Shown here: positions 8,298 through 15,851 of the stretch, piece after piece
Layout: the number at the start of each line of letters is the position of its first letter
Numbering within the stretch: the first letter of the stretch is position 1
NCBI GenBank assembly: GCA_043800705.1
Contig: JAZDMS010000041.1
Coordinates: forward strand, 1 to 19,687
Direction: 5' to 3'
DNA length: 19,687 nucleotides
Source: Candidatus Altiarchaeota archaeon
GTDB taxonomy: Archaea; Altiarchaeota; Altiarchaeia; IMC4; SCGC-AAA252-I15
Program-made: the position numbers and the translations under genes
The notes under the pieces: model-generated
The model's database searches: none
What the model saw: the letters and a program-made list of their open reading frames with translations, nothing else
Told to the model about the DNA's origin: nothing

Positions 8298-9605
8298 TCA
8301 GGGGAACTCCTGCCCGAACTCCGCCTGGTATCCTGCGCCGAGTTCCTTCCTCCATTTATCCCAGTCCTGCAGGTGCTTGCCCCTTGCCTCTTTGAGGAGG
8401 TATTCCCACAGCTTCGGCGCCTCGATTCCCGACTGTCTTGCCAAGAGGTCGATGTTCGCCTTCAGGTATTCGTATTCCGGCGGCTGCCTGGAGTAATGTT
8501 CGACTATCCTATCAAGGCGTATGGTGGCGCGTGGCAGGGTATTCTTCCGGAGCATATCCTCAATATCCGCCAGTTTGGCGTTGGTTCTCGGCTTCAGCCT
8601 CAATTCCTCATACTGCGCCTCGGTGAGTGCCCCTTTCGGGATGCGCAAGCCCCCCGGAGTCCGCCTCAGTGCGAGCCCGAACAGCACCAGGCCTGCATCG
8701 GCATTGGCGTTAACCCATCCCCGCAGGGATTTTTCCGGGGCATTGACTCTTTCTGCGAACTCCTTCACAGTGTAATGGGACGATAGTGTCTCCATCCTTT
8801 GCTTGAAGTGGCTCCTTATTTCCGCAGCCTCCTCTGGGCTGAATAGGAACTGGTTGGTTCCCTTCTCAGTCTCCCGGTCTATCTCCCTGCCCATGCCGGA
8901 GGCCAGCATCACCCCGAACCTGGGCCCTCTTTCCGCGACATACAGCTCCATCGCCCTCTTCATAATCCCGCATTCCTGGGCGAGTTCGAGCGTGAACCTG
9001 TGTCCGCGATATTGCTTCGGGAGCCTGGCACGCCGCGCCTCCCAATAGAGCATCCTGCCCCACTCGCGCAGCCTGGGCTCGTCGTCCAACAGGTCTTTGG
9101 GGATGTAGTAGTGTATGTCGCTCCTGGGCTTGTGCCTGATGATCCTCACCCCGCAGACTAATTTTTCGGAAGGTTTTTCATCCCCGAATATGTCGTCCAG
9201 CCATTCGTGTATTGAGGTCGCATTCCCCACGCCGAATATCTCCTTCATTTTCTCCCGGCTCATCAATTCCCCGATACTCCCGGCAGTGACGTGGTCGTCG
9301 CCGATGGCGCCCTTTACACAGTAGTGTCCTTGGACGGCCTGAAGTTGCGCCAGAGTCAGGTACCGTTTTGAGCCGACGAGGATTCTCCCAACCCCAGCGT
9401 CTGGGTGGCGGTCGACGAACTGGTGGAGCGCGCTGACATTGACACCCAACGTATCCTGCACGAGCTTCGACGGGCAGATGACCAGCTTCCTTCCCCCCGC
9501 CGCATCCGACAACTTCATAAGCTCGGGTATGTCGGGCATGTTCTGGGACGATGTGGTGATCCGTCCGCCAGGGTCAATCGTTACCACCACATCCACATCA
9601 ACCAT
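8298..9605 (-). CDS. Hypothetical protein with putative tandem MerR/Xis-like winged-HTH repeats
   Basis: 435-aa ORF filling the gap between two recognisable genes. Four HTH-like segments seen by eye, the clearest being YTVKEFAERVNAPEKSLRGWV...RRTPGGLRIP. Confidence 0.7.
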   Translation of the reverse strand: MVDVDVVVTIDPGGRITTSSQNMPDIPELMKLSDAAGGRKLVICPSKLVQDTLGVNVSALHQFVDRHPDAGVGRILVGSKRYLTLAQLQAVQGHYCVKGAIGDDHVTAGSIGELMSREKMKEIFGVGNATSIHEWLDDIFGDEKPSEKLVCGVRIIRHKPRSDIHYYIPKDLLDDEPRLREWGRMLYWEARRARLPKQYRGHRFTLELAQECGIMKRAMELYVAERGPRFGVMLASGMGREIDRETEKGTNQFLFSPEEAAEIRSHFKQRMETLSSHYTVKEFAERVNAPEKSLRGWVNANADAGLVLFGLALRRTPGGLRIPKGALTEAQYEELRLKPRTNAKLADIEDMLRKNTLPRATIRLDRIVEHYSRQPPEYEYLKANIDLLARQSGIEAPKLWEYLLKEARGKHLQDWDKWRKELGAGYQAEFGQEFP

Positions 9606-9678
9606 CTGAGGACACCATTTACCTACTGGAACGGCGAGAATTAAAGATAGGACGGCATATCCGGCCGTGCAATACCGG

Positions 9679-11190
9679 CTATGCAGCCCAGCACCTGCCC
9701 CAAATATTGCCGCTGTCGTAGTCTATGACCGCCTTCCTGCCGGTGAAGCTGTCGCATACGGCCTTGTCTGAGAGGCTTTGTGCGTCCCAGTTTATGGACG
9801 TGCAGCATACGTAGTCCGCGCGATATTGCGATAGTACCCGTTCCATGTCGCTGCCGTCCGGCCTCGGTATCCCGCCGCCCATAGTCCCGAGGCGCAGGCA
9901 CTGTCTGCCGCTGAAGTAGAGGCACTCTTGGACGTTGAACGGCATGATTATCCGGCTGCCTGCCGGAAGGGACGCCATCTCGTCCCAGAACGGGGCGTAC
10001 CCCGCCCGGATGTTTCGATATGTGTACGAGTATGCGTATGAGGCGCCGAGCATGCAGATGAGAAGGAGAGCGGCAAGGACGACTGCAGGGGAGCGCATCG
10101 GCGCCCCCTTGAAGGATTTCTCGAATTTTATGTCGATCTTGCCTACGCCTTCCGAGATGGCTATGATCAGGAAGGGCGCCAGGGGAGTGAACATCCGCGC
10201 GGAGACGCTGCTTGAAAAAGGGACCAGCGATCCCAAGAACAGGATGAGGGGAAGCATGGCCCGCCTGTGCCCCACCATGTGAGCCGCCCCGTATGCTGCG
10301 GCCAGGGTGAATCCGAGGGCTGCCAGGAACCAGAACAGGAGAGGCATCATCCCGTACGGGTAGGTCTTCAGGGCGACGTCTATCTTGTGCGCGAGCTCGT
10401 CGCCGGAGTTCGGGGCTCCGATCCAGAAGTCGAAGAAGAGGGTCACCCACCGGCTTGGGTTCGGCAGGTCCCGGATGGAGTCGACGAATGGCCTGCCCTG
10501 GATCGCTTCTACGTCCTTCGGATAGTACCCCCCGGAGACCTTCGGCCAGATGGGATTTCCGAAGACTGCATAGTTCCTCGCATACCACGGAGAGGCGAGG
10601 ACGACGGCGATGACGAAGAACAGCAGGCCTTTTTTCCAGTTCTTTGCGAAAAGGTGGAGGGACAATGCGGCCACGACCACGAAGCCGTGATAGTGGGTGA
10701 GGGCGCACAGGGCGGACGCGCCTGCCGCATACGCGAAGTCCCGGGAATCCGCGGACTCCAGGAAGCTGTAGTAGAAGTGTAGTGCGCAGACCGCGAGGAA
10801 GAACATCAGGGTCTCGAAGTATCCTATGCCGCAGTAATAGACGTGAAACGGCAGGAACGCGAGGACTGCAGCGGCCGTAAAAGACTGCTTCGGATAGAAC
10901 CTGGAGGCGAACCGGTGGAACATCAGGAGGCCCGCGACCCCGAAGACCAGCGGAGACAGCGTGAGTATGCCGGTCGCCGTGTAGATGATCGCGGTCAATA
11001 TGTGAAAGAGCGGCGGATACCAGAGGGGAACGACTCCGACGACGCCGACGGCCGGCGGGGCAATGTGGTCGGCGAGGTACTTCGACGCGTAGAAGTTTAG
11101 GCCGCCGTCGCCGGTCACGGGAGCAGTGAGCCAGAAGATGATCCGCACGAGAATGCCAAGCCCGACAATGGCCTGAGTCTTTCGGTCCAT
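9679..11190 (-). CDS. Multi-pass GT-C fold glycosyltransferase (ArnT/PMT/GT39-like)
   Basis: Polytopic membrane protein; TGDGG loop after the first TM helix; WYPPLFH; PWYARNYAVFGNP (shared pattern with 736-2457). Confidence 0.82.
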   Translation of the reverse strand: MDRKTQAIVGLGILVRIIFWLTAPVTGDGGLNFYASKYLADHIAPPAVGVVGVVPLWYPPLFHILTAIIYTATGILTLSPLVFGVAGLLMFHRFASRFYPKQSFTAAAVLAFLPFHVYYCGIGYFETLMFFLAVCALHFYYSFLESADSRDFAYAAGASALCALTHYHGFVVVAALSLHLFAKNWKKGLLFFVIAVVLASPWYARNYAVFGNPIWPKVSGGYYPKDVEAIQGRPFVDSIRDLPNPSRWVTLFFDFWIGAPNSGDELAHKIDVALKTYPYGMMPLLFWFLAALGFTLAAAYGAAHMVGHRRAMLPLILFLGSLVPFSSSVSARMFTPLAPFLIIAISEGVGKIDIKFEKSFKGAPMRSPAVVLAALLLICMLGASYAYSYTYRNIRAGYAPFWDEMASLPAGSRIIMPFNVQECLYFSGRQCLRLGTMGGGIPRPDGSDMERVLSQYRADYVCCTSINWDAQSLSDKAVCDSFTGRKAVIDYDSGNIWGRCWAA

Positions 11191-11222
11191 CAGATACTGA
11201 TTGCCCGCGCCTGCCTAAAAAG

Positions 11223-11576
11223 TCATTGCCCGCTTCCGAGCCCAATTAGTATGACGCCCAGGACGATACAGCTGATGCCCGCCCACTTGACCCGGTTCAT
11301 CTGCTCCCCCAGGTATTTGATGCTCAAGAGGCATACCCAGATGTAGCCGGTGGATACGAGGGGGAATAGGACCGTGAGTTCGCCGCCTTTGATGCCGATG
11401 ACGTAGAATATGGTCGACAGGCCGTAGACGACCACCCCCAGCATCAGGTCGTAGTTCCTCATCAGGGAGTTGAGGTTCAGTTCGAGCTTGTTGGCGCCCT
11501 TCTTGAACTGGAGGGAGCCGAACGAGCCCATGAACGCGGCGAACAGGACGGTCGCGACGGCCCAGATTTCAGTCAT
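11223..11576 (-). CDS. Small 4-TM DMT/EamA-family protein (ArnE/ArnF-like)
   Basis: 117 aa, four hydrophobic helices; GELTVLFPLVSTGYIW; LGEQM...KWAGI. Confidence 0.85.
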   Translation of the reverse strand: MTEIWAVATVLFAAFMGSFGSLQFKKGANKLELNLNSLMRNYDLMLGVVVYGLSTIFYVIGIKGGELTVLFPLVSTGYIWVCLLSIKYLGEQMNRVKWAGISCIVLGVILIGLGSGQ

Positions 11577-11944
11577 TTTCTCTCACCCCTGCTTCCCAAC
11601 CCTATCAGCGAGACGCCCAACACGACCATGAAGATGCCCATCCACTTTATCCCGTTCATAACGTCCTGGCCTGCGAACACTATCGGCGACGCGATAGCGA
11701 CCCATATGAAGTTCATGCCGTAGATCGGGTAGAGGACGGAAAGCTCCCCGTACTTGAGGGCGACGATCAGCACCGCGGCGCTGAGCCCGTACAGACCGTA
11801 ACCCAGGATAAGGGGGATGTTGGTGACGATGGAGAGGGGATCCGGGGTGAGCGAATTGGTCCCCGCCTTTATCAGAAGCTGTCCCGATGCGGCTGTCAGC
11901 GTGCTCAGAAAAACCAGCGCCATCGCCCACTTCTTGGTCGTCAC
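11573..11944 (-). CDS. Small 4-TM DMT/EamA-family protein (ArnE/ArnF-like)
   Basis: 123 aa; GQLLIK; GELSVLYPIYGMNFIW; GTG start with SD-like GAGGGG; ATGA overlap with its paralogue. Confidence 0.85.
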   Translation of the reverse strand: MTTKKWAMALVFLSTLTAASGQLLIKAGTNSLTPDPLSIVTNIPLILGYGLYGLSAAVLIVALKYGELSVLYPIYGMNFIWVAIASPIVFAGQDVMNGIKWMGIFMVVLGVSLIGLGSRGERK

Positions 11945-12031
11945 AGTGAAAATCCCCTCAAAAGCCCGTGTTTTTTACCGTGGAGTATATAATAAGAGCA
12001 ACTTAATATAACATGCTTTGAGGTGGTTTAG
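11945..12031. promoter_or_regulatory. Divergent promoter region between the DMT pair and tal-gmhA
   Basis: AT-rich boxes GTATATAATAA and CTTAATATAA in a GC-rich background; SD GAGGTGG before tal. Confidence 0.55.
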
Positions 12032-12691
12032 GTGAAGTTTTTCATAGACACTGCGGACATTGACGAGATAAAGACTGCGAAATCGTGGGGGATACTCGAC
12101 GGAGTGACGACCAACCCGTCGCTGGTAGCCAAGGAGAACTGCGACTTCAAGACCCGCGCGAAGGAGATAATCTCCATCGTCGAAGGCCCCGTAAGCCTCG
12201 AGGCCGTCACGCCCGACTCGGAAGGCATGGTGAAGGAGGCCATGGAGCTTGCGAAGATGGGCAAGAACGTCGTCATAAAGATACCGATGACCCCCGAAGG
12301 CATCAAGGCCGTGAAGGTCCTCAGCCATGAGGGCATCAAGACAAACGTCACCCTCATATTCAGCGCAAACCAGGCGCTAATTGCAGCCAAGGCCGGCGCC
12401 ACATACGTCAGCCCGTTCATCGGCCGCCTCGACGACCAGGGCTGGGACGGCATGCAGCTGGTGGCCGACATCCTCGAGGTGTTCGACAACTACGGCCTCA
12501 GGACCGAGGTCATAGCGGCCAGCGTCAGGGACCCCATACACGTCCACGACTGCGCGAGGATAGGCTGCCACGTCGCGACCATACCTTTCGCAGTCCTCAA
12601 GAAGATGTTCAGCCACACCCTAACCGACATCGGAGTCCAAAAATTCAACGAGGACTGGAAGAAGGTCGAAGCCAGATGCAAGACAAAATAA
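12032..12691 (+). CDS. tal: Transaldolase (short TalC/FSA-family type)
   Basis: FFIDTAD; GVTTNPSL; VIKIP Schiff-base Lys; Glu in VSLEAV and Phe in YVSPFIGR, the residues that mark transaldolase rather than fructose-6-P aldolase (Gln/Tyr). Confidence 0.93.
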   Translation: MKFFIDTADIDEIKTAKSWGILDGVTTNPSLVAKENCDFKTRAKEIISIVEGPVSLEAVTPDSEGMVKEAMELAKMGKNVVIKIPMTPEGIKAVKVLSHEGIKTNVTLIFSANQALIAAKAGATYVSPFIGRLDDQGWDGMQLVADILEVFDNYGLRTEVIAASVRDPIHVHDCARIGCHVATIPFAVLKKMFSHTLTDIGVQKFNEDWKKVEARCKTK

Positions 12692-13233
12692 AGGAGCAGA
12701 TCGAGGCCAGCATCGAGGCGAAAAGGAGGCTCTCCGCCAATGACATCGAGGAGGCCGCGAAAGTGATGGCTGCCGCGCTGAAATGCGGCCATAAAATACT
12801 CCTGTGCGGCAACGGCGGAAGCGCCGCTGACTGCCAGCACATCGCAGGCGAACTCGTCGGCCGCTTCAAGAAGGAAAGAGCAGCGTGGCCTGCCGTCGCG
12901 CTGTCGACGGACACATCCATCCTGACGGCTTTGGCGAACGACTACGGGCAGGAGATAATATTCTCCAGGCAGGTGGAGGCTTTAGGGCAGGAGGGAGATG
13001 TTCTCGTCGCCATATCGACGAGCGGGACGTCGCCAAACATCATAAAGGCGGTCGAGGCTGCGAAGAAGAAAAAGATGAAAATCATCGGGTTCACCGGCCT
13101 CAAAGGCGCCAAACTGAAAGGCCTCAGCGACGTCTGCATAATGGCCGCCTCCGACGACACACCGAGGATCCAGGAATGCCACATCACAGCGGCGCACATA
13201 ATATGCGGACTCGTCGAGGACTCACTTGCCTGA
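12676..13233 (+). CDS. gmhA: D-sedoheptulose-7-phosphate isomerase
   Basis: [16 protein letters not shown]; TALANDYG; FSRQVEALG; ISTSGTSPN; TPRIQECH. Confidence 0.95.
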   Translation: MQDKIKEQIEASIEAKRRLSANDIEEAAKVMAAALKCGHKILLCGNGGSAADCQHIAGELVGRFKKERAAWPAVALSTDTSILTALANDYGQEIIFSRQVEALGQEGDVLVAISTSGTSPNIIKAVEAAKKKKMKIIGFTGLKGAKLKGLSDVCIMAASDDTPRIQECHITAAHIICGLVEDSLA

Positions 13234-14718
13234 GGCCTCCCACTTCCTGAGCGCCTGGGGGCCGTAGACCAGTGAAAGGTAGTTTTCGCACACCTTCTTT
13301 GCTGAAAACAGGCTCACGCAAAGTTCCCTGCCGCGCTCCCCCATCCGCCTCGCCTTCTTAGGATCAGTGAGTGTCTCAACTGCCTTTTCTGCCATGGCCT
13401 CTGTGTCTCCGAACTCAACCAGGTATCCTGTTTCGCCGTCCTTCACGAACGAGGGTATGCCCCCGACCCTGTGGGCCACCACCGGCACCCTCATGAGCAG
13501 GGCCTCTATCCCCTGCCCCCCGAGCCCCTCCCCCCGGGACGCCATCAGATCCAGGTCAGCGATGGACAGAAGGTCCCGTATCTCCTCCTGATTTCCGGCC
13601 TCCTCGATTATGAAATTATTCCTAAGGCCCCTTTTTTCTACGTCGGCCCTCAGCCCGCTGATGAAATTATCATCCTGGAAGGTGCCCTTCAATATGAACT
13701 TGAAGTCGCCGCCCATCCTGTCGCGCATGGCCTGCGCAACGGCGGGCAGGAGGTCCTGGCCCTTCACAGGGGTAATCCTCGCATGGACCACAACCACCTT
13801 GGTCCCATCCCCCAAGCCGTACCTTTTCCTTAGCCCTGCCTTTGTCTCGCCTGACACCTTTTCCGGGTCGAAGAATTCCGAATCCATCGGCCTGCCTATC
13901 ACAATCGAATCGCGGCCTCCGAATTCCCCCAGGGAGGCCTCCCCGACGCCGACTAGCCCATACGAGATGAAACCGGTCTGCCCCCTCTCGCCGGCTATTT
14001 CGTAAATCGTCTCCCTCTTTGTCTTGTAAAAGCGGCTTAGGAACCTTACGGCAACGTCGAGGCCGAAAGAGAAAATGCCGGGAACTCCCCCATCGGCCCA
14101 GTGCTCTTGGAAGATTCTCCGAAGCCTTCCGAAGTCGCCCCCCCTGACGACGCCGCCGTCTGCGCCATCCTGGTTCTTCGGCTTATGCTGGCTGTGGAAG
14201 GTTATCGCAAGGCCTGTCCCGCGCTTTGAGAGCTGCCTGGCGACGCTTACATTCATGGGATTGTTGGGATTGTGGAGGTGGACGATGTCCGCTTCGACCT
14301 CTTCGGCCAGCTTCAAGATCCTCCTCGAATGCAAAAAAGGGTTCGAGCCGATGTGACGTATGGGGTGTATCGTTATGTCGCCCTTCCATCCGCCATCCTT
14401 CAGCGGGACGACGGTTTCGTCGCCTTTGTCTGCGAGGCAGGCGACATGGATGTGGATTGGATAATACCTCGCCAGGCTCCTGTCCAGCTGGCTGATGTGG
14501 ATCTCCAGACCCCCCGCAACGAGCGACCCTTCATGGTCGTTGGTTATCCCGTATCGGTCGCATACGCGAAGGACGGTCAACCCCTGGAGGAACTCCTGCT
14601 TGTGGCCCATGACCTCGACGAAGGACCTGCCCTCCGGCAGGATGGTGAAGTCCTTCTGCATGCCGGGGAACACCGGCTGAAGAAGGACCCTGTCCCCGGT
14701 TTCCCTCGTCCTCTGCAT
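13222..14718 (-). CDS. GT4 (GT-B fold) glycosyltransferase, divergent N-terminal domain
   Basis: ADIVHLHN; ARITPVKG; ASRGEGLGGQGIEA (EX7E); PVVAHRVGGIP..VKDGETGYLV. Start set at ATG 14718 because the track start 14805 overlaps gmhB. Confidence 0.88.
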   Translation of the reverse strand: MQRTRETGDRVLLQPVFPGMQKDFTILPEGRSFVEVMGHKQEFLQGLTVLRVCDRYGITNDHEGSLVAGGLEIHISQLDRSLARYYPIHIHVACLADKGDETVVPLKDGGWKGDITIHPIRHIGSNPFLHSRRILKLAEEVEADIVHLHNPNNPMNVSVARQLSKRGTGLAITFHSQHKPKNQDGADGGVVRGGDFGRLRRIFQEHWADGGVPGIFSFGLDVAVRFLSRFYKTKRETIYEIAGERGQTGFISYGLVGVGEASLGEFGGRDSIVIGRPMDSEFFDPEKVSGETKAGLRKRYGLGDGTKVVVVHARITPVKGQDLLPAVAQAMRDRMGGDFKFILKGTFQDDNFISGLRADVEKRGLRNNFIIEEAGNQEEIRDLLSIADLDLMASRGEGLGGQGIEALLMRVPVVAHRVGGIPSFVKDGETGYLVEFGDTEAMAEKAVETLTDPKKARRMGERGRELCVSLFSAKKVCENYLSLVYGPQALRKWEASGK

Positions 14719-14752
14719 GGTTAATAACCTGCCGCCCAAATTAAAATACGCA
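14719..14752. promoter_or_regulatory. Compact 34-bp divergent promoter (GT4 / gmhB)
   Basis: GGTTAATAACC lies about 24-34 nt before the gmhB ATG; AAATTAAAAT (ATTTTAATTT on minus) lies about 20-29 nt before the GT4 ATG. Confidence 0.5.
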
Positions 14753-15283
14753 ATGAACAAGGCGGTTTTCCTCGACCGTGACGGGACCATCAACAAGCAC
14801 ACCACAGGGTATGTAACGTCTTGGAAGATGTTCAGGTTCCTGCCGAATTCGCTGGAGGCGCTTAGGGAGCTGGCCAGGACGGACTACAAGGTCATCGTCG
14901 TCACGAACCAGAGCGCAGTCGCGAGAGGACTGATGAGCAGGGAGAACCTCGAAGACATACACGAGCGGATGCTCTCACATGTCGAGGAGGCCGGAGGCCG
15001 CATCGACGCGATCTACGTCTGCGCCCACCACCCAGACGAGAGGTGCGCCTGCAGGAAGCCGCTGACCGGCCTCCTTGAGTTGGCGAAGGAGACGTTCGAC
15101 CTGGACCTGAAAAAGTCATGGATGGTGGGAGACAACACGAAAGACGCCGTAACAGGGAAAAAAACGGGCTGTAGGACGATACTTGTCGAGACAGGCTACG
15201 GCGGAAAGGACGGCCTACACAAGATCTCCCCAGATTATTGGGTGAAGGACCTGAAGGAGGCGGTTGAAGTAATCCGTGGTTAA
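14753..15283 (+). CDS. gmhB: D-glycero-D-manno-heptose 1,7-bisphosphate phosphatase (HAD IIIA)
   Basis: KAVFLDRDGTIN; VVTNQS; CAHHPDERCACRKP zinc loop; WMVGD. gmhA is nearby. Start at ATG 14753. Confidence 0.9.
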   Translation: MNKAVFLDRDGTINKHTTGYVTSWKMFRFLPNSLEALRELARTDYKVIVVTNQSAVARGLMSRENLEDIHERMLSHVEEAGGRIDAIYVCAHHPDERCACRKPLTGLLELAKETFDLDLKKSWMVGDNTKDAVTGKKTGCRTILVETGYGGKDGLHKISPDYWVKDLKEAVEVIRG

Positions 15284-15810
15284 CTTTTCCCCTGAATTAC
15301 CTCGAATAGTCTAGTGACAGCGCCCGGGACATCGTACATCTCCCCCGAGACGGGAGGCTGATAATTTGGTGTGAAAATTGTCACAGGAGGGTCTCCGCGG
15401 CCTTTGAATGCCTTTGCCAGCAGCTCCTTAACCCCTTCTCCTGTTCTTATATGTAATGGTGTTGCTACCACAACCGCCGGACATCCCCTGGTTTTTTCAT
15501 AGAGGTGATCCAAGCCCCTCTGGCTCATATTCCCCGTACTCACAGTAGAGTATTTACCGTCTAGGAACATATCCAAACCCAAGGGTTCGAAGATGAAGCC
15601 GACCTCAAGTTGACGCATATTCGCTTCTTCAGCCAGCCTCAACGCCTGCAGCTGGCTTTGCCCAAGTCCTGTACCACACATGACAGGTATCCGGGAGACT
15701 CTCTTCGCATTTCTGACATTCGATGTACACAGTTCATCTACGAAATAAGGCATCAAATCAAGGGGTAATTCACCCACCACCCACTGGATGCGCTGAGGGA
15801 TAGGAACCAT
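15280..15810 (-). CDS. Hypothetical protein with PTS EIIB-like/LMW-PTP-fold Cys loop
   Basis: IPVMCGTGLGQSQLQALRL motif; fills the gmhB-Lon gap; shares a TTAA stop overlap with gmhB; visibly more AT-rich than neighbours. Confidence 0.6.
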   Translation of the reverse strand: MVPIPQRIQWVVGELPLDLMPYFVDELCTSNVRNAKRVSRIPVMCGTGLGQSQLQALRLAEEANMRQLEVGFIFEPLGLDMFLDGKYSTVSTGNMSQRGLDHLYEKTRGCPAVVVATPLHIRTGEGVKELLAKAFKGRGDPPVTIFTPNYQPPVSGEMYDVPGAVTRLFEVIQGKS

Positions 15811-15851
15811 CAGATACAATCTTTATAGTCGTATATCCTAAAAGCTAGGTG

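Noticed and set aside
9641-11245. 534-aa alternative-frame ORF on the minus strand
   Set aside because: Arg/Pro-rich shadow frame of the GC-rich GT-C gene, with no motifs.
14717-14805. Apparent head-to-head overlap of GT4 and gmhB in the ORF track
   Set aside because: Artefact of longest-ORF start choice; ATG 14718 and ATG 14753 remove the overlap.
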